Assembly: GCA_030141605.1 (NCBI GenBank)
Contig: JAQGDQ010000038.1
Coordinates: 927,264 to 991,263, forward strand
DNA length: 64,000 nucleotides
Direction of reading: 5' to 3'
DNA from: Tubiluchus corallicola
Taxonomy: Eukaryota > Animalia > Priapulida
Shown: piece by piece, positions 41,705-57,229 of the stretch
How positions within the stretch are numbered: the stretch's first letter is position 1
Layout: the number at the start of each line of letters is the position of its first letter
The notes under the pieces: generated by a model
What the model saw: the letters and a program-made list of their open reading frames with translations, nothing else
Told to the model about the DNA's origin: nothing
Databases searched by the model: none
Made by a program: the position numbers and the translations under genes

Positions 41705-44700
41705 CACTTATACTCGAGCAGCAGCTGAGGAAATTTCTTTCTGTTTCATTGGGAACTATTAAAATTGATGGGGAGGAGTAGGTAGAACAACGTAGTTCTC
41801 ATAGCACGAGGAAAATAGTGTTTATAGGGATAATTAATATAAGCTCGTCTCGTAATATAAGTTTAAGTTTTTATGACTTACGACTATACTTGTGCGGTCA
41901 ATTTTTACAAAGCTTAGCAACTTGTCTAGTAGATAATAATATATAGGCTATGTCAAATGTCCGCCATTATTTTAAAAAATTATCAAAACTTACTGACAAA
42001 TTTACAGTATGAACCAGATAAACGAGTCTATGATTTGTGAATTTTAGTGGTGTCAGACATAACTTCATTGGTATAGTGCAGCGATTTTAATTTACAACTA
42101 TATAAAACACTCTTTTCTATACATAGGCATGCATCAACTTTATATCACTGCTCTAAAGTCACTACACGCAGCAGAATAGAACGGTGCAAAACTTCAATTG
42201 CAGTCACATTCACGACAAAAAGAACGTTGTTGGTCGACTAGTGAGGGAGTTCTGACACATCACATATTTCGAATGACACGCTTATGCAAAAAACGACAAC
42301 ACACAACTGCCGCATATTTCATTTTTGACATTTTTTGGACAGCGTATAGACACAATACTTACTTGGAGACTGTGGTGATAATTTTCATCGTGTGTCAGAA
42401 AAAATAGTAAATCATAGCGAGTGAATTAATGTAGCTCCAACTGTCTGCACAAGCTTTTTGAGTCAATCGGGATTGCATGACACCACTGGTGAGGATGATA
42501 ACGGCAATGACAGTGACAATGACGTTTGTAGTGATAATGATAACGGTAATAATTATAATAGTGATGTTGACGACGACCACAATGGCGGTGGCGATGACAG
42601 ATGATGATGATGATGATGATGATGGTAATTATAAAAATATTGATAATTGTCGTAAAGGATAATAACGCTATCACTTTTCAGAGAATACTAGATGCAAACG
42701 CGCTGACAATTTAACTCTTTCGAAATTCCGTGAAAACTTATAATCATTAGTTTATAGCGGAGTCGATGTATGCCAGGTTGTCCGAGTTCGATCCGTTAGT
42801 TCATTGACGAACATGCATGTCTCATCAACTAGACTTGGCTTTATAATCGCATCTGCGAAGCCAGTCATGTGTCGGAACTTGGCAAGCATTCCACAGTTGA
42901 CGTCATCTTTAAAACAGCCATAATTATTCCATAATGGTGTCATTTCGACTATACCTATATAGTCAATAACTTTAGTAATAAACACTATAATCTATTTTCA
43001 TACAAATAGTAGTGAATTAATTTGAGTCATAAAGTTGAACGTGAACAAGCCCCTGAAATGCAAATGAATATTATACATTATTAACATACAGCTATAAAAC
43101 CTGATATTTTAATTACCGATTATACATTCAATCTCATGAAATGAATATAATGTAATCTGCATTAGCTTAAAAACTTTACATGCGTATATGTTTAGGCCTG
43201 ACGATAGAAGCTTCGTAATGACTGTAGGACATCATAGTAGGATTGTAGGACATTATGCTATATTATTGCTAACGTTGCACTGTCGAGTTAATAAACGTTA
43301 ATGTTTTTATTAAAAAAAACTACTACGTATGATGTTAACGCTGTAAACATGATTGTTTGAAGTCGCAGGCAATAGCGTAATCCACTTTTGTACGATATCC
43401 TGTCATAAGAATTTAAGAGATCCAAAGATTTCGAAAAAGTAACCAGAATAAGTATAGAAAATAGATAAGCATACTGGTTTATTTGCATATTGCAATCAAC
43501 TTTCCCTTACAAAATGTAGACATCTCAACAATACACAAAAATAAATGAAAATCTCAAATAATGCGTTATTTCCGTAAATGATTATATTTAAAAAGCAGTA
43601 TTACAATGCAAAACACAAGATAATCACAAGATACAAGATATCTGCTGCTTACATCAAGGCAAAATCAGCAACAAAATAATAATAATTACAAAGGTAATCA
43701 CTAAAAATGAACGCTTTATGCTGTACTGTTCACAATAAAATATTGAAACTTTACGCCCAGCAAATCATATTAATTAAAAACATACACCTTTACTAAGAAA
43801 TAAAGCGAATGTAAAAACCATCAAAAATTCAAAATTATTAAGACACTTACCTTTGAGAAAACAAGAATATTAGCATTACTTATAAACAAGCAAATAATTA
43901 AAAAGTTATTACAACTGCTTTCTTTGCTTAGTATAAGAAATAAAATATATATATAAGTCCATTTATAATACTTCAAAATATAATACAAAAATTAACTAAT
44001 TCAAAATAAACAAATACTACAAAATAACAAACTCAGTTACCGTCTAATATACACCAGCTTAATAATGCACCTGATTAATAAGTAGTCAGATCATTCAAGC
44101 TTAAAATAGCAGTTAAATCACTAAATTGCAAAGAAAACTCACAGACATTACTCTCTATCAGCACTACGATCGTGATTAAATAGCATCTTTAATAATTGGA
44201 AGAAAAGATCTTAACGGAAGCAGACTACAAAGTAGCTATATCATTAATTAATCTGGGAACGTTTTTTCTATGATTTTCTGTTTTTCTAAGTGCCCAGCTG
44301 ACTTAAAGTGACATTTATAATGAACCAAAAAACAACAGACGAATGAAAATGATCAAATAAACAAATAAAATGCTACAATAACTGTACTTTGCAAAGGAGA
44401 AACTAGTAAAAATCAAAATAATATTGCGAAGAAATGAACTGTAACTTTCGCTATTATATACTGTATTTCAGGTATTCAGTTAGTTATATCACAGTCAGTG
44501 CTAACTGGCCCCACATCATTATACAACTTAACAAGAGGAAGGATTACTCCACAGTAATTATGAATGTTCTTGTGCACTACTGAAAGACTTACAAGCTTAG
44601 TAGCATTTACATTGTAAAATATGATCTACTCTGGTCCGGTTTGCATTGGCTCGAACTTTCCTAATTTGTAATTTTAACTTATGCTAATTTTTAATTACAA

Positions 44701-46371
44701 AAATTATAAAACAAATAAAAATTAACATTGCAAAAAATATATGTAAATAAAACTTGATGTATCAGTGTATTATACGTGCTAAAAATCAAAAGACAAGTAT
44801 TGCTTTAGAAATGCCTAATTTTCTAGGTTTGGTCACAGCTCACGAAAAAGGGTAAATTTTCAACAACGTATACACAGTTTCAGTTTTACTACCCAGTTTG
44901 TGATTACTCACTAACCATTCTCTTAAATAAACCGAGTTGATGTCACACGGATGAGCAATAAAGACAAAATTCTATCAAAAAAGTCGTTAGATTGAGCTGT
45001 GCCGTTCAAGCAGAAAATTTCACAGCACTTGTTCGGTCATTTTAAATATTATATTAACAGTTTCACGATTTCCATAACATTTCTGAACGCAAATAAAACA
45101 ATGTGCATGCTAACAAAACCTGTCAGAAAGTGGAGTAGGAAAATAAGGATTCACAAGAAATGATTGCCTCCCAGTACACAAAAAACCAAAAGGAATGCAT
45201 ACAAACTGACAAAACTATATGAAAGTGCAAATGATTTTGATTAAAGAACACTTATCCTAATGTCCTGGACTTTGACCAGAGCATAACTGGACAGAAGCAC
45301 AATGTGTTTCTCAATGGGAACGGTCTCATTATCGATTTCTTCAAAAGCTTCGAATTTGTATTTTCGACAAAATGGAAAAAATAAATGAAACGTGATTAAA
45401 TACAAAATATTACAATGATCAAAAATAACAAAAAAGTTTTTTACAATCAGGGGGCTGACATCCTTCTGCCTCTCATTTTGCAACTCACTAAGCAACTTAT
45501 GATTACCAGCAATAGCAAAGTTTCGAAAATTAAAAGCAAATTTTGAATATCACACTTTTTATGAAACCACAGAAGCACAAGAGCAGATATCATTTTTAGT
45601 CATTCATAAACAATGAACAAACTCAAGTTTAACGAGCTGTCACAACAGAATAAATAAAAAAATACAATGTTTCATTCACGAGAGCTGGAAGTGTTTTAGC
45701 TGATGCAAGCTTCATTATAGGCTTGAATTAGTCTTGATACAGTAAAAATTTCCATAATGAAAACAGCCTAAATGAACGTGTTCCAGTAAATTTCTTCTAA
45801 CAAATTCTTCTACTTTCTTAGCAAATACAATGCAGTATTTGAAGACACAGCTGGCATTAGAAAGTCTTTCAATCCTATTAAACAAATCTTCTTGTTCATT
45901 GAGTTTGATGTGGTTGATGATTGTGAAGTTCCAGTGGGAAATCCTGCACTGAACTTAACCCACATGCGACTGAAAACTATTATTATTTCACAAAAAGGTG
46001 CTCTTGGATACAATTCTGTAGATAATCATAATTTGAGTCAGTTCATCATTTCTCAGCATGTCATCTAATGAGGAATTTGTGCGTTTTTACAACTCAGGCT
46101 ACAGAGACCACGATGTCGCCGGCTCTATTTATGGACATCATTACATTTAAAAATCAAATACGCTTTCACGAATAGATTAAAATAATTGACAATTTTAAAA
46201 TAATCGCTTTATATCCACTAAGAGCATTTATTTAAATTAAGACCTAAAATAAATTGTAAATCTACAAATCATATTACACACAAATGATACGGCACCTGTA
46301 TTCGAACAATTTTTGGCCCAACATTGACTTTTCACACACATTTCATTAATTTTATTCAGCCGAACTTGATC

Positions 46372-46463
46372 TCACAACCATTTTTGAAATGACTTTCTCT
46401 GTTTCACAAATGCATTCTTTGTGCTGTGTGTTGACCACCTCACCCATTTGACCTTCAGTGTAC
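46372..46463 (-). CDS. Candidate terminal exon of an unidentified minus-strand gene
   Basis: Strong acceptor cttattttgtttcag; the phase-1 frame reads GTLKVKWVRWSTHSTKNAFVKQRKSFQKWL*; no homology recognised. Confidence 0.3.
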
Positions 46464-48137
46464 CTGAAACAAAATAAGCAAAACTTTGATATCATGTTAT
46501 TCGGTAGTAGAAAATAATACACTCAATCACTACATTTTATGTAAAAAGTATGCATAATCAGTGGGAGAAATTATTTGTGAAACTAGTAACCTTATCGGCT
46601 AATAAGGCTGGTAAACACCATCTGTTGGTATACAGCAAATTCTGAAAGCAGTGGGCACACAGCTAATTTATTCAAGGCCTGATAATCTTGCCAATTAGAG
46701 TTAAACATTCTCTTTTAATATATACTCTCTAAACTATTTTAGATTAACACTTACTGGTTATTTCTTGCATATTTTTATTTACCATACCTGGTGCAATAAA
46801 ATCTATAAACAAATTAATAGAGATCTCATGTCATTTTCTCATGATATACTTGCAGAAACGGCCAAAGTAAGACAAACATGTGTTCTGTAAAACTTACTTG
46901 TGTGGGTAGTCTCATGAGGTGGAGGTCAGGGGGGCAGCCCTCACAGGGCAAATTAATTGTACATTTTTTCATCAGAAGGCAAAAGCTGGTTTTTTTCAGG
47001 GCAAATAACTCTGTTTTAAAATTTCAAAATTTAACATTTAGTATTCAAAAATATTAAGTACTTACATGTGCGTTATCTCATTTTACTGGCTGCAGTGTTT
47101 CTTGTATGGCAAATTGTTCTTAGCTTTTAATAAAATTAATAAATTTGGTTCACCAAACCACATAAGTCCATTATAAACTTTTTAAGTACATGCCTATCAA
47201 TGTACTAACAAGGTTATAGTCATATTTACAAAAGTAAACTTAGACTTTCTTCTGAATTTATGAGACATTAGAAGAAGTATATCTGAGAGTATTTGCATGT
47301 TTGTTTAATGAAAACACAAACTTTGGCTTATGTCTTGCTAAACTCATGATTTTTTAGTATGTTATTATAATTTGGACTTGTTGCATTATACCATTACTAT
47401 GAGAATTACTACATGCTATATGTTGACTACAAAATATGTCTAAATGAGTGTAAACATATAGACCTGTAAGTATTAATATTTGTCTTTTGATACTTTGTTA
47501 GTCTATATCCTGTATAAAAATTATGTGACCTTATTGTTTGCATTTAGTTGAAAATAACTCATGCCAAGGCTAATGCAACTTTGAAAATATTTAGGTAAAT
47601 TCTTTCTGACCCCCTCCCTTTCTACCATTCGTTTAAGCCTGTGTGACAAAGCCGATATAAATGTGGCAGTTTGCAGAGATATACCTGGTAAATGTTGTTT
47701 AAATTGTGCAATAAAATACTTAAAACATGTTTGAATTAGATTACCGTGTCTCGCCATTGTAGCACATTAATCCTGATTTACGTTTCTTTACCCTTTTTAC
47801 CACCCACACGTTTCTAACAGGGAATCCTAAGAAGAAACAGGATAACTGACCTTAAAATAACACCAACCGTTTCATTGCAGAATTCAAACTCATTCAGTAG
47901 AGGCTGACTGAATCCTAGCAATGAGTTTTTTAATGTTGCAGGAGGACTAGGGCACTACGGCTATATTGTTGTGAATGAATGTAGGTAAGAAAACAAGAAA
48001 GTGGCTCAGAAAACTTTCTCTTGTAGTATCTTCCAAGAGCAACATACCAGAATACTGATTATATGTGGATGTTCCAAGTAATACTGAACTATGACACTTT
48101 CTAAACTCACCATAAGAGAATGAGACAGAAATAGGGG

Positions 48138-48298
<161 letters not shown>

Positions 48299-50016
48299 CG
48301 TGACAGAACACAAAGCAGCACAAATCTAAATTCTGCCTGAATAATCCATCTTTCGTCTCATTAAGCTTCATGCTGTGATGCTCAGGCAAATCCCAATTGC
48401 ACAGATTTCAAGTAGATGCCACCAGACTAACAGCAGTCTGACAATCAAAGAATGTCAGCAGCTTCCTACAACAGCTATAGTGGCCTGCGAAACTACGAAC
48501 TACGAAATTATCTAAATGGGTAATGATTCATTGTAAAGCTGCTTAGCTCAAATCACTAACAGTAAATGAATGAATTTCAAAACCTTTTTAGCTTTTCTTG
48601 CTTGGCTGAGCTACAAAGCATGGCGTGTTTTGTGATGGTGCAGGTTTGCTTTAGCTCTTGCTCAAATGCAAGTAAAGAGGACAGTAACGGGAACTGTGAT
48701 TTTCTAAAACTAATACAGGACCAAGTCTACAAGTCAATTCAATAAACTTGTTGAGAATGTTTTCATGCTAAGCATTATTCCATTACATAAAGTAAAAAAG
48801 TATTCCTTTTAGCATAAAATCAGAAGTCTGTGTAGAGAAGTAACGGTTTCTTTTGTTCACGGGTAATTAATTTCATGCAACTTTTTACAAGCCCCTAGGA
48901 AGAACATAAACAAGCTCTAACTGTTACCACTACACTAACTTATTATTTTTAGTATTTCGCTGTACTATAAATAGCACAACACTGAAAACCATACTTAGAC
49001 AAAAAAGAATCTAGTACACAGGCGGCTGCTATCTTGGCACACCCAGATATCACGATGTTCCCTCAAAATGCCTAAAAAAAGAAACTGGTAATAGCATGCA
49101 CATATAAAACAAAGTTAAATAGACAAGTGTTAAAAAGAAGCCATGTTGTCAGTCATGCAAACCATGCCAATTCAGAAGCACTGGTTGAAAAGCCTCCACT
49201 CCAATGGATTTGCCATTTCCAAGTTCAAAGACATCAACGGCAGCAGACCTGATTTCTTCTCTATAGCTTCTTGGTCAAAGATATTATAACACCTGGCTTC
49301 AAGCTTATAACCTAAAATTTATTTCATTTTTTGTGAACCTTTGAAAGCCAGCCAAAGAATTCCGCTTAAAAACACCTGATCGCATACTATAACCATTAAC
49401 TTTTTTTCTCGTTAATACTCATTTGCTCTAGGGTCTGCACTGGGGCTCTTGATATAAAACTTTTTGGCAAGAAAGATGTGCAAGACAATTTGAAAAGCAG
49501 GTGGGATTTTTATTATTATTATTAATTCCTTATTTAACATGGACAAAACTTTAACCAACAATTATAAACTATCAGTTATTTCTGAAGTGGTCCACAAAAT
49601 CAAGCAAAGGCAAATAACATTACAGAAAACTTGTATGCTGCATTAAAAATACCAAGTCATAAAATATGTTTTAAAAATTACACAGTTTAAAAGCAATTTA
49701 TATATCACAATTTACACAGAATGGATAAAAAATGGATTTCTGACTAAAATGACTTTAGGAGAATGCACAAGTTAAAACATTCCTGGGACATCCAGATCAC
49801 ATGAAAGTTAAATTGGATCAAAACAATGGAAATCAGTAATATTCTACAGACTAAAGCTGGTACATGGCATTTTAACCTACATGTATTTTGACCTTTTAAA
49901 GAAGTATGCAAACTTATAATAATATATCACTGAATTTACAGCACTTCCTCCCACTACATAAATTTTTATTACAGTGTATTTCAAATGTTAATGTAATTGT
50001 ATTTTCCTAGGAAAAA

Positions 50017-50480
50017 ATGTCATGTCATATTATATGTCAAGAAATATACTATGCCATAAGTAACCGGAACAGACCATACCACACCATACCATACTATGCC
50101 ATACTATACAATAACATATCAAACCATACCATTCCATAACATACTATACTATCTCACACCATATCATACCATGCCATGAGATGCTTTGCCATACCATGTC
50201 ATACCATACCATACTATACCATACCATACACCACACCACACCACACCACACCACAGCATATCATACCATATCATAGCATACCATATCATATCATTCCATA
50301 CCATACTATCCACACAATACCATAACATACCATACCATACGATACCACAATAACCACACCATACCATACTATAACCTCTCATACCATACAGTACCATACC
50401 AGACAAGGCCATGTCATGTCATCTCATGTCATGCTATGTCATGTCATGTCACGTATATCTTATCATTTCGCATCATATAT
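50017..50480. repeat. Degenerate pentanucleotide satellite (CATAC/CACAC/CATGT)
   Basis: 5-bp periodicity. Confidence 0.85.
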
Positions 50481-50919
50481 CACTGAACAATGAAGAAACA
50501 ACACTTTAAGAGCCTTCGTTGGCATTAACCAGAACAAAAACGACTAAACTGAAAAATGAAAAATATTGAATAAATAACATTAGGTCGTTAAATGTACCAC
50601 AAGAAGAAACTGCCTCTGCACGCCATACTTTTCATTAAAAACAGTAACTGGCAGGCACAAGAACCAGTCAAGCAGTTAACACAATTAGACGCATGAAAAA
50701 ATAAAATAAAAATCGTAGATTTAATGCACGTAATGGACATGCTCGTTTAGAACCTGTATCAGCAGTAACTAATAGCTTTTAGCAAACCCAAAAATCGATA
50801 GCTAATGCAAGCTTTCTCTGAAAATATTGCTAAATGGCAAGAAAGGCAATAGAAAACCAAGGTGACTCAAATTTTGTGTGGCAAAGAAGATAAATACTTC
50901 ACAATTTTACGCATTCATT

Positions 50920-51300
50920 ATACACCTCACTCATTACACAATGTCTCACCACATAATACCTCTTATACTAAAAACTGTCTCACAGTACAATCACTTACGC
51001 ACTATGCAATGTTTCACCAATGTCTCATCACGCAGATCTCTTTGCAATGACTCACCACATAATACCTCACGTACTATGCAATGTCTCACTGTTAGCAATA
51101 CCTCGTTAACTCTGCAATGTATCATCCCACAATACCCCACAAACTGTGTAATGTCCCACCCATATCTCACATACTATGCAATGTTTCACCACACATTATC
51201 TAACATGCTATGCAATGTCTCACCTTAAGACAACTCATTTACTATGCAATAACTCATCACACAATAGCTCATTCACTATGCAATGTCTCACCACATAAGA
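50920..51300. repeat. Degenerate minisatellite with ACTATGCAATGTCTCACCAC core (about 35-40-bp spacing); a copy in the opposite orientation lies near 51425-51455
   Basis: Core recurs about 9-10 times. Confidence 0.7.
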
Positions 51301-51647
51301 ACACAACATTCACTGTACAACTGCATATCTGGCAATGGCTCATCAAGGAGTGGTTCACCAATAAAGGACTCAACAATATAACTAACTAAACTATGGCTAA
51401 ACCACCATAAGAGTAGTGGGTGAGGTACTGTGTGGTGAGATACTGCATAGTAAGAGACATCTGGTGTTGTGAAACACTGGATAGCGAGTGAGGCATTGTG
51501 TGATAGCACAATGTATTGTCAACAGACAGACTCACTGACTACCTGCAAATCACTTGGTTTCCTAAAAAATCACTAATTGTATAATATAGAGACAAAATAC
51601 TCATGAGCCAGAAGCACACTTGGTGACAGCATAGCAAATAGCTTCCC

Positions 51648-52383
51648 AGTTGAGCAGGCAATTGCTACAAGCATAAGAGCTCAATAGACAATGGTTTAGC
51701 ATTTGAACAGGCAATGACTCTAAGAGTAAAAGCTCAATAGATAATGGTTTAGCAGTTGAGCAGGCAATGACTCTAAGAGTAAGAGCTCAATAGACAATGG
51801 CTTCGTAGTTGAGCAAACAATAGCTGCACGAGTTAAAGCTTAACAGCCAATGGTTTAGCAGTTGAGCAGGCAATTGCTCTAAGAGTAAGAGCTCAATAGA
51901 CAATGGCTTCATAGTTGAGCAGGCAATGGCTATAAGAGTAGAAACTCAATAGACAATGGCTTCATAGTTGAGCAGGTAATTGCTCTAAGAGTAAGAGCTC
52001 AATAGACAATGGCTTCATAGTTGAGCAGGTAATGGCTCTAAGAGTAAGAGCTCAATAGACAATGGCTTCGTAGTTGAGCAGGCAATTGCTCTAAGAGTAA
52101 GAGCTCAATAGACAATGGCTTCATAGTTGAGCAGGCAATGGCTATAAGAGTAGAAACTCAATAGACAATGGCTTCATAGTTGAGCAGGCAATGGCTATAA
52201 GAGTAGAAACTCAATAGACAATGGCTTCATAGTTGAGCAGGCAATGGCTATAAGAGTAGAAACTCAATAGACAATGGCTTCGTAGTTGAGCAGGCAATGT
52301 CCCTAAGAGTAAAAGTTTACTAAACAATGGCTTAGCAGTTGAGCAGGCAATGGCTCTAAGAGTAACGGCTCAATAGACAATGG
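51648..52383. repeat. 53-bp tandem array, about 14 copies
   Basis: Unit AGTTGAGCAGGCAATTGCTCTAAGAGTAAGAGCTCAATAGACAATGGCTTCAT; period checked at 51649, 51702, 51755. Confidence 0.95.
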
Positions 52384-54088
52384 CAGCGCCATGCAGTGGC
52401 TCACCAGGCAATGGCTTACTAACAAATAACTCACCATTTGATGATTTACTAACTCAACAGACGACTGTCAGGCAAAGACTTTACTAAAAACACAAAACCA
52501 CATAAACAATTACTAGCTCGTCTAGCAACACAAACTGCAAGTTAGTTTACACCTGAAGACGGCGAATCTTTTGATGAAGTGAAATTAAAAGCTAACAAAA
52601 CACTCTCTAGTTTAAAGCAGATATAAAAGGGAAGCAAAAAGCGCAAGCAAATTACATACAAAAGTGAGAGTAATGACCGCATAATTCTCTAATGCACACA
52701 CAGCCAATAGTTAGTAAAAGGTGAGAATAAAGAAAAGAATGTATGTTGATGTAGTGATTAGGAAACAAAATGAGCCGAACTGCGATGTTTTCGTAGAAAA
52801 AGATGTTCTCGATTGAGGCACCAGGCAACGAAGAAAGAAATCAAGTTTGTCTTGTAATTTTCTATATTTTAGCCACAGTAGACACAACAGTTGATAGTGC
52901 ATGTGAAGGAGAAAGGGATTCAGGGAAGAGATGAAACGAGATAGAGAGAAAGAGAGGGAGAGAGAGAGAGAGACAGAGAAAGGGAAAAAAGGAAGAAATC
53001 ATTCAGAAACAACTGATTACACTAAAAGGCACTGACTGTATTAAGAACTTGCCTCCTAGGTGATTGACAACTAATTATTATAAGTCCACCACGTTTACCT
53101 TGTTAGGTATGATATTAGAGACTGGGTCATTAGCGACAAATGATCCTTAACAACATAATAAACATAGCAGTCTAGGTATAATTGATCTTAAGTGTAATGA
53201 TTGATGCCTGAAAGTTTCAGGTAAAGCTGATAAATTGGCTTCACAAATAAAGCTCATTAAATGCTATCAGCTGCTGTGTTAGGAGCACTTTGAGGCAAAA
53301 CGTCTTGCAAAATATAACAGTTCACCAACATTCTTGCTACTTCTTCAGTGTCTTAAGTTGTTTTCAATGCTAAACATTTAAAAGTGACTCAGTTGAATAA
53401 ATGCACGAAGACTTCTGATGCATGAAAATCTCTACTGATTGGACACAAGTAAAAGTAGTACCTTAAGGTCTGATAACAGGCCGTCAATCAGACCACAACT
53501 AACTTCAATAAGTTATCTTAGCTAGAACTAAAACAGAGGAAATGTGCAGTAAGTTCTTAGCATTTTACCAAATATTTAAGTTGGGAGTCCCACTACCAGA
53601 TAAGACCCCTAAATCATACTACACATAACGTTGCATTTAACAAGAGGATGATTTGATAATCAATATTAGCTAGCAATGTATTTCTGATATGCATAAAAAT
53701 TAGTTGGAACACTATTTTATCATGTCTGCAGACCGCTCAATTCTACTGCATATCAGATTTTACAATAGATAAAACAAAAACTTGTAGAGCTGATGATCTA
53801 AAACGGTTCAGTGAGCAAGTAGATGACTGTAGTAGATCTTTACTGGGAGAAGTATTACTGACTTCTGTTTTTCTAGGTCAAATAGTGTGAAATAGTTTCG
53901 TTTACATCATCGGTAAAAATGTCACACATGTGTAAATTAAGCTCAGCCCTATAGTTGTAACAACTTGGCTAATCTAATTCTGTGAGAATAAAAATTAACC
54001 AAATGCAAAGCAAATGCCAAAGCATATTTATTAATTTTGAAAACTACAAAGTTGGAGTTTTACACTAAAAGCAAAATATCGAAGTTAC

Positions 54089-54140
54089 CTTCACAAAGAG
54101 ATATACAAGTCATATCACTGCCTTCCAGATACTTCCCAAC
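54089..54140 (-). CDS. Candidate 52-nt internal exon of a minus-strand transcript
   Basis: cttttatttcag acceptor and aag|gtaact donor; only one frame is open (VGKYLEGSDMTCISLCE) and it ends in phase 1. Confidence 0.35.
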
Positions 54141-55689
54141 CTGAAATAAAAGTATAACAAATTTTGAATTTTAACTTTTTTATTAAATTTATCACAAACG
54201 TGTTGTTTAAGAGCCACTGTTTTAGAAACTCTGAAATAATTAATTATTATTATAAAATACAGCATGTTTAATCAAATCTGTTTAATTAAGCATGTTTAAT
54301 TAATGAAACATAAAACAGTTCTTACATAAAATTTAATGAAACCACAACGTAACGAAACAAAATCCATCACTGTTTGCAAAAAGATCTTTAGATCTGCTGT
54401 TGTAATTTGCAATAAGCAATAGGTTTATTTAATCAATAAAAAATTGTTTGTTACAGATAATAATATTAATGACTCAGTGGTCTTCTAATTTTTTACCAGT
54501 GATATATTGATTTACCAAAGCTTTTACCAGATGTAGATTTGAAACTAAAAAGTCAAAACAGAGTTACAGGCTAACACTACCCTAACACTATTTTTAACCT
54601 ACGCCGCTGAACAAACACCACCTGTGCCATTAATTAATAAGTGGCTGATGAATGTTTTCAACCAAAACATGATTGTAAAATACCTTTGCTTAAAAATTTA
54701 CGTTATCAGGTTTTAAAAAGTCAATTATTTTTATAATTTTGCTAAAAATTAATAGCAATAAAACAAGAACCAAATACCAACTTGGTCGCTGAGTCTAGTG
54801 ACATCAAACTTGGCTTCATAAGTCTGCTGCAGCGGTTTTACCAAATATATCATATTTTCTATGCTCTTTTCTACATAGTCATGCAGCAGATCACTGTACT
54901 AGTATCAAAATGGCAGCAGAAGAAAATAGTGCAAAATTTCAAATGTCGACTAAAAAAATTCTCATATACCGAGTGCCCAACAAGATGAACATCAACGAAT
55001 TAGCTGTAAATAAAATTGAAAATCAAAGCAACGAGGGACTTATGAAACACCTTTTACATGGGATAGATTCTGAATTGAACGCATTAAAGAAATGGAATGC
55101 ATTCAAAAATCAGACTGTCTAAGACAACTCCACACAATTTGTATTCGCCACTTCCACATCCCCTCTCCAACTCGTTAGACAGTTCTCGTGCGCTTGTGAT
55201 CCACTCCTCCTCAGCTAACCCCAGGTTGTTCATGCCCACCTGTAATCTACCCCTCCCCAACCCAGGCTATTTTTAGCCGCTTAAAATCAATCCCTCTTCA
55301 ACCCCCAGACTGCTCTTGCCCTCTTTAAACCAATCCCTCCCCAATTCTCCAAGCTGTTCCTGCCTGCTTGTAATCAAGTCAGTAACTACACATGCAATTT
55401 TGCCTGCAGAATTTTCATAAAGAAACCATAATTATCCTGCCGCTCAACTTTAATCTCCCTGTAATCCCTAAATAGGATCTTTTTTACATTTCCATGCACT
55501 TCTTTTCGCTTTACTCCTTTCCTTTTTCTTCAAACGAGTAATTAGAAGAAGCCCTGTGCTGGAAGAAGACTAAAAACTATGAATGCTGGACTCTATTGTA
55601 AATATTAGCATTTAAAGACAAATGTACAGTAACGTTTAGTAGGTCTTCAGCTTAGTTTCTAAATATCTTATATTAATATTCTTGGTATG

Positions 55690-56315
55690 GGCTTTATATA
55701 TAAGATTCGAGGCTACAGCCCGGACGAGGGCACCATTTGCGGCGATCTATATATCAAACGAAAGGTCTCGATCTAGTGTCTTCTCAATGATGGTTTATTT
55801 TTCGAATCGGGCCCACCGGGAGGAAGGGGGGGCGAAAAACCTCCAAAAATGGCCCTTTTTCGGCCGTTTTTTGCAAAAGTTATACCGCTGAGATGTAGAG
55901 AACGGGAAAGGGCTGAGGGGGGGGGGGGGTGCTGGGTATGGATAGATAGCCCGTTCAGCGGTGGGTGTAGTAGGCATATTTAGAATTCGCGAGTTCATAA
56001 TTATGAGCCATAAGCTTTTTTTGAAACCATTTCGTCGCCATATTGGGAGAAGGTGGTAACCTAAAATGACACTAGATAGCCTTTCAGAAGCTATGCTGGT
56101 TCTTGTAGTGCACTTTCGGCGTCTAGTATATAGCAGAATGTTCTAAAAAGTATCATTTTGGACAGCATTTCGGGCGCTATATTCGAGCAGCGACCTAAAC
56201 TGACACCTTACAACCTTCATGAGGCCACGATCGTTCTTACGGTGCACCACATTTGGAGGTACTGGGAGTGCATAACGGATGGACAGACAGATTTTCGTCT
56301 TTGCATAGACATAGC
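55690..56315. mobile_element. Non-autonomous Helitron/Helentron-like (HINE-type) repeat
   Basis: GC-richer island with related ends (CTTTATATATAAGAT and CTTTGCATAGACATAG) and a subterminal ACGGATGGACAGACAGA tetramer tract; resemblance only. Confidence 0.35.
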
Positions 56316-56755
56316 ATTTATAATGATGGGCACATTCGCAAAAACAGGCACCGAAGAATCAAGTAATGGACACTGTAGTTTCGCGCAGTCATATCAATAA
56401 GAAAAAGCTACAAAAACGTCTCTGCATTTTCACAAATTGTCTATGAAATCCATTATTAGCCAATCATTGTCTCCAGACAAAATATCCTGTATCAAAATGA
56501 ATAACTTTCTCGTGCAGCGTGAAGGACAAAGAGTCTGTTAATCGGAAATCAGAGTTCTCTCTGTAGTGTAAAGATTAGCATAGCAGCCGGGAAAGCAGAA
56601 GGAAGACGCAACACTTTTCGGGTTTTCTGATGTAGCATTGCTTTTGTACGTTTATACGTTTGCGGGCAAAATAATAGTGCAACGTTTGTAAACCAATTAC
56701 ACATTCGCCTTTAATACTACATAGTGCATGTTATACATGGAGGGCTGTAATCAAA

Positions 56756-56777
56756 TGATGATGATGATTATGATGAA

Positions 56778-56825
<48 letters not shown>
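56756..56825. repeat. (GAT)n microsatellite
   Basis: Direct reading. Confidence 0.95.
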
Positions 56826-57229
56826 AAATCTTTATTTGCACAATCTTCTATGTCCTTAATACAGGCACCACAAACTTGCTTATAAAACATTTTAGCAATT
56901 ATTTATTATAATTAAGGTCCATAATGACAGAATTCATTCACTGGCATTATTTAGATTACACTATTAGGAAAGTATTAAAAATGACAAACTTTTCTAAATG
57001 CACGCTTTACTAACAAATATATCAAAACAAGGACTTTTGCTAAAATTCACGATAAAAACAGGATAAAATTTTGCCTAACTTATACATGCATGTATATAAA
57101 TATATGTATTATGTATATAAATATATATATTGTATTATGTATTTAACACTTTTACATCCCTTTACAAACCGTCTCTCTCAAAATTAACTATAGCTTATTT
57201 AATGTTTCTTCTTTTTTTAAAAAAATACA

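Noticed and set aside
45241-46013. Minus-strand ORFs of 67-84 aa
   Set aside because: Non-ATG starts and no recognisable motifs; more likely UTR or intergenic.
51648-52383. CRISPR-like appearance of the palindromic repeat array
   Set aside because: Whole units repeat with no unique spacers, no cas genes, eukaryotic context.
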